Source of the DNA: Octopus sinensis
Taxonomy: Eukaryota
Direction: 5' to 3'
Assembly: GCF_006345805.1 (NCBI RefSeq)
Contig: NC_043011.1
Coordinates: 65,422,464 to 65,486,463, forward strand
Length of the DNA stretch: 64,000 nucleotides
A program made the position numbers and the translations under genes. Positions 13,549 to 27,100 of this stretch are shown here, piece after piece. Under the pieces are notes generated by a model that was given only the letters and a program-made list of their open reading frames with translations, had not been told where the DNA came from and ran no database searches. Within the stretch, counting starts at the first letter, position 1; each line of letters starts with the position of its first letter.

Positions 13549-14205
13549 GTTAAATTATACGAGAAACTGACATATAATATATTCTACCATTCATTAACAA
13601 ATATGAGATTTACTAGGATCTTGCTGATGATGATTCAGTTTAAATTACAGAAAAAATTAGGCCGGTACCAGTGTGTCACAGAATAGTCAGTTCAATGTGG
13701 TGCACTTTGCAGAAGAGAAATAAGGTTCAGACCTTCTCTGGGGGAGGGCTATCTTATCTCTTGCTGTTTCTTTCAGGCGATGTGTGTTGGTTATGAGCCG
13801 AGGCAATCGTGTTGTTATAGCTGTTCACTATAGAGGACCAATACAATATATTCTGTTCTACTCTGGGCACAAGGCCGGTAATATTATCATTATTATTATT
13901 GTGCGGGAACGGGACATTCGATTTGATCGACCTCAGTAAGCAACTGGTATTTAATTTATCAACCACGAAACGACGAAAGGAAGCCTCCGCAGAATTTGAA
14001 TAGAAATATTGCAACAACTTCCTTCATCTTAACGTGAATGTGTATGACATTCATTAGTAATTTCAGCCTGAAATTATATAGCAAAAGGTACTATGAGTTT
14101 CACCTCTGCATATCAATGTGATTTCTAACTCCTTATTGTAGAGGTATCTTAAATAATTATATAATAATATCAAAAAAATTATGCAATTAGTAATGAATGT
14201 ATTTA
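13549..14205. repeat. AT-rich segment with an inverted, diverged copy at 41378-42014 (contains a SINE remnant)
   Basis: ORF-track peptides 13754-14017(-) and 41570-41833(+) differ at only a few residues. Flanks align by eye. Confidence 0.88.
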
Positions 14206-14366
14206 AAACTTGAGATTACATAGCAAGTATTTTGTGTAGGATATGATCAGTTCCCATGAGAACTATCAGTTGAATTGCCGCCATTTTTGGGTTTCCTGAT
14301 TTCTGAGTTAGATAGCAATCAGCCCCTTTTGCTATCATCCCCAGGGTACCTATGACAACAAGATTT
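14203..14366 (-). mobile_element. Short R4/Dong family 3 fragment (C-terminal codons only, no 3' UTR)
   Basis: Duplicates 14595-14750: VVIGTLGMIAKGADCYLTQ...LHKILAM*. Confidence 0.85.
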
Positions 14367-14373
14367 GTTGTTG

Positions 14374-14407
<34 letters not shown>

Positions 14408-14435
14408 CATTATTATTATTATTATTATTATTATT

Positions 14436-17400
14436 CTATGTTTGACTTTTGCTTTATATTTGTAGAAGTTGGCTCCAAGTCTCACCCGGAGACCTCAAGA
14501 GAAAACAGATTTGAAGATCGCGTTGTTGTTATGCCTAGTGTGTCATATATTTGTTTTGTGTTGTATTGGTGGATGTTTAAAAAAAATGTTTGTTTTAAAC
14601 CTTGAGATTACATAGAAAGAATTTTGCGTAGGATATGATCAGTTCCCATGAGCACTATCTTTTGGATTTCTGCCATTTTGGGGTTTCCTGGTATCTGAGT
14701 TAGGTAGCAATCATCCCCTTTTGTTATCATTCCCAGGGCACCTATGACAACAGGTATTGATTTAGTCTTCAGCTTCCACATTTTGCTGATTTCTATTTCA
14801 AGATCTTTATATTTGCTCAGTTTTTGGTAGGTCTTGACAGATACGTTTATATCGATTGGGACAGTCATATCGACGAGGAGGCATGTTCTTTGTTTGAAGT
14901 CTTTCAATATGATGTCTGGCCAATTTGCATATCTTTCTGTCAGTTTGAATGGTGAAGTTCCAGAGGAGTGAGATGTGGTCATTTTCAAGCACTGGGGGTG
15001 GTTTGTGTTCCCACCATTTTTTTCATGGGGCAAATCCAGGTTTTTGCAAATTACCCAGTGAATATATTGTGCAGCTCTATCATGCCTGTTGAGGTACTCT
15101 GTAGGCGCTAGAAGACTGCACCTGGAGACCACATGGTCAATGGTTTCATTTTGTTGCTGGCATACACGACACGTTGGACTGCTGTTGATCTTTAATATGT
15201 TTGCCTGGTAGTTCCTTGTAGGTAGGCATTGTTCTTGAGCTGCTATGATAAACCCCACTGTTTCAGATTTTAAGCCAGAGGCCATTAGCCATTGATGGGT
15301 CAGGGCTTTGTCAATATCTGCATTATTCGCTCTCTTTGAACATAGACAGGTTTTCCTTGCCATTTATGTTTCAGAATATCTAAGGCCGCAGATTTAGCAC
15401 GGGTTTTCATGCGCTTAGCTTTTTCTGAGCCTGTTTCTTGTATGTCTATCTCTAATTCCGAAATTCGTTGTATTCGGAATTCACTTAGATATTCCTTTGC
15501 CTGTTTTGTTACTGAGTATGGTGCTTTCTTGTTTTCAGATGTTGAGACAAATTTTAACATCCAGTCCTGAGAGTTTTTCAGGTAGGTGTGTAGGCCAGTT
15601 GTAGCAATCTTCATTGTTATTGCCAGTTGTACAAGTACACGACACCTCTCTTTTCTTGGCAGATAGAGTCGTTCTGTATCTGCCTTAGGGTGGTGCATTC
15701 TATGCATTGTCAACAGTTTTCGTATTTTTCTGTCAAGATCATATATTTCAGTAATTGACCAGTTAACGATATTGAAACTGTAAGTCACGACTGGTATGGC
15801 TAATGCATTGATCGCTTCGATTCTGTTTCTTGCATTCAGCTCTGTCTTGAGTATTGCTCTTACTCTGCGATAACATTCTCTCCTGATCCTTTCCTTCATC
15901 TCTGAAAGCCTTATTACGTCTCCTTCAAATACCACTATATACTTGTAGTTCCCCGCTGGGTCTAATTATTTTATGACATTCTGCTGGTCAAGGTTAACGT
16001 TAGATGTTTGTCATTTTATCCCTTGACAAAGGTAGCTTTTGCACACTTATCGAGGCCAAATTTCATTCTGATGTCGTCACTGAATTGTTTGACAATCGCT
16101 AGTAAGCCCTTGAGTTGTTGGTCATTTTTTGCAAAGAGCTTTAAATCATCCATGTAAATGAGATGATTTATATTTTTATCAAACATTTTATATCAGTACT
16201 GCGCGTCATTGAGCAGTTTTGTTAGAGATGTTAAGGCTAAACAGAAGAGGGGTGATGATAATGAGTCATCCGTGAAAATGCCACATGACATTTTTACATC
16301 ACCAGTATTTAGAGATTCATTGTCGCTGTTCACATTTAGTGTGGTTCTCCATGATCTCATACTTACAGACAATATGTTTCGCAGAGTAGGTGCTATCTTA
16401 TACAACTCCAGGCATTTCCTAATCAAGCTATGTGGTAGTCTATCAAAAGCCTTTTTATAGTCTACCCAGGCTATTGATAAGTTTTTGTGTCGTTTGTAAC
16501 AATCTTCTAAGATCATCTTATTGATGAGTAGTCGACCTTTACAACCGTAGGATCCACGTTTACATCCTTTCTGTTCATTAGGGAATATGCTGCTGTCTGT
16601 CAAAAAACTATAGGTATAGTCCTTCAGGACAGATGTAAGTGTTTTATACATAGTTGTTAAGCAGGTTATGGGTCTATAGTTTTTTGGTTCATTTGTTTCT
16701 TCACTTTTGGAAGCAGGAATGTTGACCCATTAACTAGCCAAGAGGGCATCCTACTAGGGTGCTGCAAAACATCATTGTAAAGTTCTGTTAGCAGTTCATG
16801 GCTTTCTGGGAAGTCATTCAACCAGAAGTTAGGAATTTTATCCTTTCCTGGAGACTTCCATATGCTTGACCGCCTGAGAGCAGATCTTATATCTTCTTCC
16901 TTGACATCCTCCCTATTTTACTCTTCTAAGGTAGATATTCTATCAATCCAGGGGGCATTTCCGCTGTGTGTTTTTTTCTTCTGCCCAAATTATTTTATTC
17001 CCAAATCCCTGCACTTCTTCTTTTGATGGTACAGACTTTACAGTAACTGGTGTTTTTCCTATCTTCCTGTAAAAATTTTTGGGGTTATTTTTGAACATGT
17101 TGTTGTCCCTGAAGAATCTAACACGCTTTTCATACCTCGCTATGCGGGCAGCTTTAGCGGATACCTTGTGATTGATGGTTTCTATGGTGGCATCAATATC
17201 AAGAAAAGTTTTCATATTATATTTTTTCATTGGTTTTTGTGTTTGTGTAGGTTTGGTAGACTTATGAAACTTAAGGTTTTTCAAATATTGAATTTCAGAT
17301 CTAAATAGTTTAATTTGTTGTTGCAAACGCTCTTTCCAAGAAGTCTTTTTATTGAAAAGGTGGTTGAGAACTGTGATATCAACATCATTAGCTGAAATTA

Positions 17401-18260
17401 TATCCCTATGTGCAAGCCGAGTTTTACCAATTATTTTCATGTTTTGGTTTGTATCACGTTCATCCATACTGGTTTCTTTAACTTACAGCCATTCAATCAT
17501 GATTTGACATTTTAGCTCATGTAGTTCTTTCGGGTCAATTCGTGTGATTTTTTTAATCTATTTGATGCTCATCTGTCATAGTGTTTATATTTGGTTCAGG
17601 GAGTATTTCACTTTGCCAATCACTTATACTATCTCTTTCAATCCTTACTTCGTTTGTATTAGCTCTGAGCTGGTCTATAATTATTTTCTCTGTATTATCT
17701 TCTTTAGCTGCAGCTTCGTTCATTTTATCCGTTACTGCTTGTCTAACTTGACCAATCTCTACTTCAGTCAGTAATTTTTTTTTTTATAATGTTTCTTCTG
17801 ACGTTGGCAAGTTTGTTACTGTCTATGTAGGGTCTTACTTCAGGGTGTTTCTGTCTCCAGTTTATGTAGGTTTGTATAGTGTTAGATTTATCTGTGGGGA
17901 AATATATGGCATCGTAGAAGGCCGCAAGAACTTCTTTATTTTCTTCCCTAGTCCATTTTTCTATCTTTTTCTTTTGAGTGTTTGGTGACGAGCATGGATG
18001 TCCATCTGTTGGAATATTTCAGGTGTAGGGGTAAGTCCAGCACCTGTGTGTCGGGACGATTTGATCCGGTAGCTGATTTTTCAATCAGACTTTGGTTCAA
18101 TTTTCGGGTACGTGGTCTTTTGTAGTCCGCTCGATGACCATCGCGGATTGTAGGTTGTTTTGTTTACATTGAAGCATGACGAGCTTCCACTCTTACATTA
18201 AGAGACGGATCTGTCAGTTTAGGATTCTCTGCACGTAAGAATTGTTCGTAGCGCATCTTC
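14436..18260 (-). mobile_element. R4/Dong family 3, copy C, near full length, decayed (5' end may extend to 19089)
   Basis: Myb-like KWTREENKEVLAAFYDA, RT KGCKRGSYGC and WVDYKKAFD, HHPKADTERLYLPR, CCHC CRVCQQQNETIDHVVSRC, RLE PDIILKD..LLVDMTVP..KLSKYKDLEIE. The 3' UTR ends CATAGAATAA in (TAA)n 14379-14435. Confidence 0.93.
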
Positions 18261-19089
18261 TTAAGGCTAGCAGATCTGTATTCGTCTGTAGTTTTTTGTT
18301 GATAGATTTATCTCCGGGCATAGTTTTCCCTTTTTTTCTAAAAACTTATGAAGGGTTCACACTGCCAGTTTTAGTTCGAAAAAATGAGAATAAAATACGA
18401 GAAAAAAAAAAAAATTATCATCATCACTATCATCACCGTCATCATCATCATCAATGACATTGTTTTATGTGTAGTCACAGCGTTTACGTGTATATGTATA
18501 TATTCACACACGCATATTTTCCGATATTCACTCGATTTTTTTTTTAATTTCTGAGTTCAATCGTGTTGTTGCAATAAAAGTTTACGTGTTTGGGTAATAT
18601 ATTAAAGTTTTTAAGTATTCTTGAGATGTCCATTTGGAAAATACATTAAGATATTTGCAAAGGGAAGAATGTTTACATTTTCGAATGCTCAGAAAAGAAA
18701 ATGCTCAGAAATGTTTCTTTATTTTTAATAGTTATGCTGTGGTTTACAGTTTCTGTAGTTGTACAGGTTATATATATTGGCATACGCTTCAATAGTTTGT
18801 TTATCGTGCATTTAATTGTGTTGCTCTAATAAAAGGCAAAGAAGGCACGGCAGGCTGTTCACGCAAATTTGGAGATACTTCAGAATCTAAATTCTTTGTT
18901 ATGTGTTCGCTTGTGTGTGCAAAGCTGTAGATATGTAAGTTCCTTAACTTATTTTGTGGGAAATTCAAATTACTCACAGAAAACGGTAGATCTTCCAGTT
19001 TTCACAGATGTTTTATTTTCAGTTGATACGCTGGGTTGGTCAGAGCAGCGAAAAACACGTCGAGCTACTATCACGTCCATCCGCCTATC

Positions 19090-19109
19090 TTATTATTATT
19101 ATCATTTTT

Positions 19110-19140
<31 letters not shown>

Positions 19141-19144
19141 TTAC

Positions 19145-19241
<97 letters not shown>

Positions 19242-19299
19242 GTTGTTATTATTAATATTATTATTATTATAATAATTGTTATTTATACTAATATTATTA

Positions 19300-19334
<35 letters not shown>

Positions 19335-19346
19335 ATTATTATTATT

Positions 19347-19381
<35 letters not shown>

Positions 19382-19414
19382 TATTAATATTATTATAATT
19401 ATTATTATTATTAT

Positions 19415-19462
<48 letters not shown>

Positions 19463-19529
19463 AATTATTATTATTATTGTTATTATTATTATTATTATTA
19501 ATATTATAATAATTATTATTAATATTATA

Positions 19530-19563
<34 letters not shown>

Positions 19564-19928
19564 GATTATTATTTTCATTATTGTTGATATTATTATTATT
19601 ATTATCATTAATATTATTATTACTATTATTATTATTATTAATTTTGTTATTATTATAATTAATATTAGTATTATTATTATTATTATTAGTATTAATAATA
19701 ATATAATTATTATTATTATCATTATTATTATTATTAATATTATTATTATAATTAACATTATCATTAGTATTATTATTAATATTATTGTTATTATTATTAA
19801 TATTATCATTAATATTATTAATATAATGATTATTATTTTTTTTTGTTATTGATATTATTATTATTATTATTATTATTATTATGATTATTATTATTATTAT
19901 TATTATTACTATTAGTATTATTATTATT
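19090..19928. repeat. ~840-bp imperfect (TTA)n tract
   Basis: Seen directly. Confidence 0.98.
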
Positions 19929-22388
19929 CAGTAGTTTTATTTTTATAGCGTGCTTTCACTTCACTACCGAGCGCAGCTCTGTGTGCCTTGGGTATGTGCT
20001 GTGATTTGTTGTGATGCTCTGATGGTTATTGTATGGAAAGTGTTCTGCGTAGGATGTGTGCAGTGCCTAGTAGTGCAATTTTCTGTATGTTATATGTGTT
20101 TGTAAGTCCTGGTGTTTTTGTTATGTAATTGTCTGAATATGTGTTATCATTCCTAATGCACCTACTATGATAGGAATTGTTTCTGTTTGCAGGTTCCACA
20201 TTCTAGTTATCTCTATTTCCAGGTCTTTGTATTTTGAGAGTGTCTCCATTTCTTTTAGAGACACATTGTCATCTGCCGGTATTGGTACATCAATTAGAAG
20301 GCATTTTTTCCTTCATGATATCTGACAACTATATCTGGTCTGTGGGCTTTAATTTCTCTATCTGTGTGTATCGGCATATCCCAGAGTATGGTTGCTTTCC
20401 CGTTTTCTATGACCTTTTCTGGTGTGCCCTGTACCATTTTTTAAAATTTTTATTCCATAACGTTGGCATAGCATTCAGTGTATATAGGTCCCAACTCTGT
20501 CGTGTCTGTGAATATATTCCTTCTTAGCCAGGACTGGGCAGCCAGAGATAATATGTTTTATTGTTTCTTGTCCATCTCCACATATTCTGCAGTTACTTGT
20601 TATCTTTCTTTTCATTACATGATTTTGGTAATTTCTGGTGGGGAGGTTTTAGTCTTCTGCTGCAATTAAAATTCCTTCTGTCTCTCCTTTGAGTCCTGGG
20701 TTTCTGAACCATTGTTGGGATTTTTCTTTGTCTATTTCTTTTGCGTTTAGTTTAGTCCAGTATTGCCCATGAAGGAGCTTTTCTTACCATCGTTTTCTCA
20801 ATGGTTATTTTCTGTTCTAGTTTTAGTTTTGATTTCATTTGTTTTATAGCTTTTGTTGTTTCTTCTGCTTCCTCTTCTTCTTCTTCTTCTTCTTCTTCTT
20901 CTTCTTCTTCTTCTTCTTCTTCTTCTTCTTCTTCTTCTTCTTCTTCTTCTTCTTCTTCTTCTTGCTCTTGTTCTTGTTCTTGTTCTTGTTCTTTTTCTTG
21001 TTCTTGATCTTTTTCTTCTCCTTCTTCTTCTTCTTCATATTTGTTAGGTGGTATTATTTCTTGTATTTGTCAGCTTCCTTTAATACTGAGAACAATGTTT
21101 TGTTTTGCTCTTGTTTTACAGCTATTTTTATCAGTTCTCCTTCCTTCTGAAATAGATATTTTTGCAGTCCTTTGGTGGTTATTTTATAGTAGTTTTCCAG
21201 CTGTATACGGCCTCTACCCCCATCTATACGTTGTATATATAGCCTTTTTATGTTAGATTTTGGGTGATGCATCCTAGATCCTCTCATTATTTTTCTTGTT
21301 TTCCTATCTATTTTGGTCAGTTCATTTAGTGTCCACTTAAGGATATTGTAGCTGCAACTTATAACTGGGACAGCTAAAGTGTTAATACCTATTATCTTGT
21401 TTTTAGCATTGGGCTCTCTTTTTCAGTATTGATCTAACTCGTGTATAATATTCTTTTTTTAATTGTGTCTTATCTAGTTCATGGATTCCTAAGTATTTGT
21501 AAGTTTGGCTTTGGTCTAATTCTTTTATTTCATTGGTTTTATCTAGTGTGATGTTGCTATTCTTAATTAGTTATCCTCTTTTCAGGGTTACTTCGGTGCA
21601 GTTTTCTAATCCAAATTTCATATCTATTTCTTTGGTAAATCCATGAACTGTCTTTAGTAGTGTTTCCAGCTGTTTGTCATTTGCAGCGTATAGTATTAGG
21701 TCATCCATATATAAAAGGTAGCTGATCGTTTTGCCATTACGTTTATATCCGCATCCAGTTCTATTTAGCATATCAGATAGGGGTGACAGTGCCAAGCAGA
21801 AAAGGATTGGAGAGAGTGTATTTCCCTGGAATATACCTCTTCTAATGGGGATGGTTTTGGTTTTCATGAGTCCCTCTTTTGTTTGGAGCTGTAGCACTGT
21901 TTGCCATTTATTCATAGACTGTCCTATGTAATATATTATTGTTGGTGCTACTTTGTTCATGGCTAGTGTTTCGAGAAACCATGTGTTGTGGATGCTATCA
22001 AACGCCGTTTTGTAGTCGATCCAGACCATACTGAGGCCTTTCTTCTTTCTGTGGGTGTCTTCAGTTATAGCTTTATTGATCATTAGTTGATCTTTTCAGA
22101 TATATGAGCCGTTGCGGCATCCTTTGTGCTCTTCTGCAAACTGGTTGTTTTAGTCCAGGTGTTTGCGATATAACTGCAGTAAATGCTTTGTACATTCTAG
22201 TGAGACAAGTTATATGTCTGTAGTTTTCTGGATTTCCTGCGAATTTGATTTGGGAATTAAGATGGTTTTCGCCTTCGTGAGCCATTCAGGCAATATCTCG
22301 AGCTCTGCCAATATGTTGTAAAAATTTTCAGCCAGCTTTTTGTGCATTCCTGTTAGATATTTAAACCAGAAGTCGGGGATCTTGTCAT
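19929..22388 (-). mobile_element. R4/Dong family 2, copy D, 5'-truncated (~2.46 kb), with expanded internal (GAA)n
   Basis: 3' terminus CAGTAGTTTT at 19929. RT ORF 21571-22083. Truncated at CTTGTCAT and followed by (TTA)n 22389-22470. Confidence 0.95.
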
Positions 22389-22391
22389 TAA

Positions 22392-22470
<79 letters not shown>

Positions 22471-22473
<3 letters not shown>

Positions 22474-23623
22474 TAGTTTTATTTTTATAGCGTGCTTTCA
22501 CTTCACTACCGAGCGCAGCTCTGTGTGCCTTGGGTATGTGCTGTGATTTGTTGTGATGCTCTGATTGTTATTGTATGGAAAGTGCTCTGCGTAGGATGTG
22601 TGCAGTGCCTAGTAGTGCAATTTTCTGTATGTTATATGTGTTTGTAAGTCCTGGTGTTTTTCTTATGTATTTGTCTGAATATTTTTTTATCATGCCTAAT
22701 GCACCTACTATGATAGGAATTGTTTCTGTTTTCAGGTTCCACATTCTAGTTACCTCTATTTCCTGGTCTTTGTATTTTGAGAGTTTCTCCATTTCTTTTA
22801 GAGACACGTTGTTATCTGCCGGTATTGATACATCAATTAGAATGCATTTTTATTCTTCATGATCTCTGACAACTATATCTGGTCTGTTGGCCTTAATTTC
22901 TCTATCTGTGTGTATCGGCATATCCCAGAGTATTGTTGCTTTCTCGTTTTCTGTAACCTTTTCTGGTGTGTGCCTATACCATCTTTTTTCTGTTGTTATT
23001 CCATAATGTTGGCATATCTTCCAGTGTATGTAGGTTCCAACTCTGTCATGTCTGTGAATATATTCCTTCTTAGCCAGGACTGGGCAGCTAGAGATAATAT
23101 GATTTATTGTTTCTTGTCCATCTCCACATATTCTGCAGTTACTTGTAATATTTCTTTTCATTACATGTTTTTGGTAATTTCTGGTGGGGAGGCTTTGGTC
23201 TTGTGCTGCAATTAAAAATCCCTCTGTTTCTGCTTTGAGTCCTGAGCTTCTCAACCATTGCTGGGATCTTTCTTTGTCTATTTCTTTTGCGTTTAGTTTA
23301 GTGCAGTATTTACCATGAAGGGGCTTTTCTTGCCATCGTTTTATCATGGTTCGTTGCTGTTCTATTTTTAGTTTGGATTTCATTTGTTTTATAGCTTTTG
23401 TTGTTTCTTCATCATCTTCTTCTTCTTCTTCGTGTTTATTAGGTGGTATGATTTCTTGTTTGTATTTGTCAGCTTCCTTAAATACTGAGAACATTTTTTT
23501 TGTTTTTCTCGTGTTTTGCTGCTATCTGGATCAGTTTTCCTTCCTTCTGAAGTAGGTATTTTTGCAGTCCTATGGTGGTTATTTTATAGTAGTTTTCCAG
23601 CTGTATAAGGCCTCTACCACCTT
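22471..23623 (-). mobile_element. R4/Dong family 2, copy E, 5'-truncated (~1.15 kb)
   Basis: ORF 22850-23494 with CCHC CRICGDGQETINHIISSC and RPDIVVRD, RLE end, 3' UTR. Confidence 0.95.
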
Positions 23624-23670
23624 ATTCTTTTTTTATTATAATTTTTATTATTATTACTACCGTTATTATT

Positions 23671-23710
<40 letters not shown>

Positions 23711-23807
23711 CCGTCACCACCACCACTCACAACAACAACACCATTACCATCATCATCATCATCATCATCACCTTTATCATCATCATCATCATCACCACCA
23801 TCATCAT

Positions 23808-23877
<70 letters not shown>
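23624..23877. repeat. Compound (TAT)/(CAT)n/(TTA)n microsatellite
   Basis: Seen directly. Confidence 0.97.
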
Positions 23878-23880
<3 letters not shown>

Positions 23881-24132
23881 TAGTTTAATTTTTATAGCGT
23901 GCTTTCACTTCACTACCGAGCGCAGCTCTGTGTGCCTTGGGTATGTGCTGTGATTTGTTGTGATGCTCTGATGGTTATTGTATGGAAAATGTTCTGCGTA
24001 GGATGTGTGCAGTCAGAACACTTTCCATACAATAACCATCAGAGCATCACAACAAATCACAGCACATACCCAAGGCACACAGAGCTGCGCTCGGTAGTGA
24101 AGTGAAAGCACGCTATAAAAATTAAACTACTG
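23878..24132. repeat. Fold-back palindrome of the family 2 3' end (copy F): 119-bp arms 23878-23996 and 24014-24132, 17-nt loop
   Basis: Arms are reverse complements with one mismatch seen (GGAAAATG vs CACTTTCC). Confidence 0.96.
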
Positions 24133-24173
24133 AATAATAATAATAAAAATAATGATGATTATGATGATGACGA

Positions 24174-27100
24174 TGTATTTGTCAGCTTCCTTAAATACTG
24201 AGAACAGTTTTTTGTTTTGCTCGTGTTTTGCCACTATCTGGATCAGTTTTCCTTCCTTCTAGAGTAGATATTTTTGCAGTCCTATGGTGGTTATTTTATA
24301 GTAGTTTTCCAGATGTATAAGTCCTCTACCACCTTCTATACGTTGTATATATAGTCTTTCTATGTCAGATTTTGTGTGATGCATCCTAGATCCTGTCAGT
24401 ATTTTTCGTGTTTTCCTATCTATTTTGGTCAGTTCATTTCGTGTACAGTTAAGGATATTGTAGCTGTAACTCATAACTGGTACAGCTATGGTGTTGATAC
24501 CTATTATCTTGTTTTTAGAATTGAGCTCTGTGTTTAGTATTAATCTAACTCGTGTATAATATTCTTTTTTTTTATTTTCTCTTTCACTTGTGTGTGTTGT
24601 GTCTTATCTAGTTCATGGATTCTTAAGTATTTGTAAGTTTGGCTTTGGTCTAATTCTTTTATTTCATTGGTTTTATCTAGTGTGATGTTGTTACTCTTAA
24701 CTAATTTTCCTCTTTTCATGGTTACTTTGGCGCATTTTTCTAATCCAAATTTCATATCTATTTCTTTGGTAAATCCATGAACTGTCTATAATAGTGTTTC
24801 CAGCTGTTTGTCATTTGCAGCGTATAGTTTTAGGTCATCCATATATAAAAGGTGGCTGATCGTTTTGCCGTAACATTTATATCCGCATCCAGTTCTATTT
24901 AGCATATCAGATAGAGGTGACAGTGCTAGGCAGAAAAGGAGTGGAGAGGGCGTGTCTCCCTGGAATATTCCTCTTCTAATGGGGATGTCTTTGGTTTTCA
25001 TGAGTCCCTCTTTTTTCTTGGTGGTGTAGGGCTGTTTGCCATTTATTCATAGAGTGCTCTATGAATTTTATGATTGTTGGTGCTACTTTGTTAATTGCTT
25101 GTGTTTCGAGGATCCATGTGTGGGGTAGGCTATCAAACGCCTTTTTGTAGTCAATCCAGGCCATACTGAGGCCTTTCTTCTTTCTGTGGCTGTCTTCAGT
25201 TATGGCTTTAGTAATCATTTGTTGATATTTACAGCCATATGAGCCCTTGCGGCATCCTTTCTGCTCTTCTGGGAACAGTTTGTTTTCGTCCAGGTGCTTG
25301 TTCAGCATTTGCGATATCACTGCACTAAATGCCTTGAACATAGTAGGGAGTCAGGTTATTGGTCTGTAATTTCCTGATTTTTCTGTTTCATTTGATTTGG
25401 GAATTATGATGGTTTTCCCCTTCGTGAGCCATTCAGGCATTGTCTCTGGCTCTGCTAGTACGTTGTTAAAGTTTTCAGCCAGCTTTTTGTGCATTCCTGT
25501 TAGATATTTCAACCAGAAGTTGGGGATCTTGTCATGCCCAGGTGCCTTCCAGTTGCTTAGTCTTTGCAGTGCCTGGATGACCTCTTCAGTGTTATGGGGG
25601 TCCAAAGTTGTTCAGATGCCGAGTTTGTTATTTTGATACTCCTTTTTTTTTGGTGATTCGTTCGCCGACCATATTTCTCTCCAGAATTCTTCCAATTCTT
25701 CTGCCGTTGGTGCTGCAGTGACTTCTATTTTATTTTTGCCAAGTTCTTGGTAGAACTTTTTGGGGTTGGAGTTGAACTTTTTGATTTGTTCAAAGAAGCG
25801 TTGGCGTTTCTCGTACCGGCAGATCCTTTGTGCTTTGGCAAGGATATCTTGCTTCAGCTTTTCTTTTATTTCAGGCAAATCTTTCTCTGTGATGTTATAT
25901 TTGCGGAGTATTTTTGTTCTCTTTTTGTTGCTCAGTAGCGTTGATTGTTTGCTGATATCATTAAGAATCGCCAGGACTTTTTCTAATTTTTTTTATTTTG
26001 TTTTGGATGTTATTTATCCACAGGGTGTGTTTGGGTGGTGGTACTCCTGTTTGTGCGGGTTTGGGTGAGTATCCAGCTTCTTTTGTGGCTGCAGTGGCTG
26101 CTGCGTATATTAGGTCATTCAGCTCAGTGATATCACTGTTTTTTGATTCAGTGTCTATCAGTTCAGTGACGGTTAGGTTTATGATGTTTATAATAGGTGT
26201 TGTTATTTCGTTTATTTTGATTCTTGGGAGGTATGGTCAGTGGTCCATTTTGAGCTCTGTGCTTTTCAGTTCTTTGATTATTTTATTTTTTCTATTATCA
26301 TAATCATTAGGCTCCCCTTTGTTGTTTACATCGTGTTTGTTGGGAATGTTGCGTTTGTCTTCGTGTTTTACAGTTTCAGTGTTTATATTATTGGGCATTG
26401 TTGTGTGGCTTCTATCTACATTTTCCTGGTGTATGTTTTCTTTTAGGTGTTCTATTTCTATTTGTGATATTTTTGTTTGTGTTGAGAATGTATCTTCGTA
26501 CGTTAGCTAATTTATTAGGGTTCATTGCTGTATCCAAGTCTATATCTCTATTATTTTCCTTCCATATTTTATATGTATGTGTTGTTGTATTTTCATTTTT
26601 AGGGTAGACTACTGCTGTGAAGTATGCGTGTAAGATAGAAATGTATTCCTCACGTGTCCATTTACGCCTTTTGGGTTTTATTTGCGGGACATGAGGTACA
26701 ACGTCCGGCCCATTATTTTGACGGTCGTCATATTCGTAGGGTACCGGTCCGTTTATTTCTGTTGTCACATTATTTCGCACGTGTAGTTTTTCGTACGTTA
26801 TTTGTTGTAAGTTTAATGTACGTACCGCTCGATTGTTATTCTTGGGTTGAATAGTATCGGTGGCATTTAATTTCTTCGTAGTTCCTTTTTACATGGTGTT
26901 TGGGGTCGGGGATGATCGTGATGTTCCACGCATGTTTACATGTGTTGCGTTACAGGCGGAGATGATATCGAGTCAAAATACATCATTTCGTTTCGAAAAT
27001 AGTAATAAATTTCAATTTGTATTACTTACTCGGATACAGTCCAATTCTTTGTTAGTAAAACTTTGGCTCCATAGGATGTCCTTGTTTTCGATGTTTGTGG

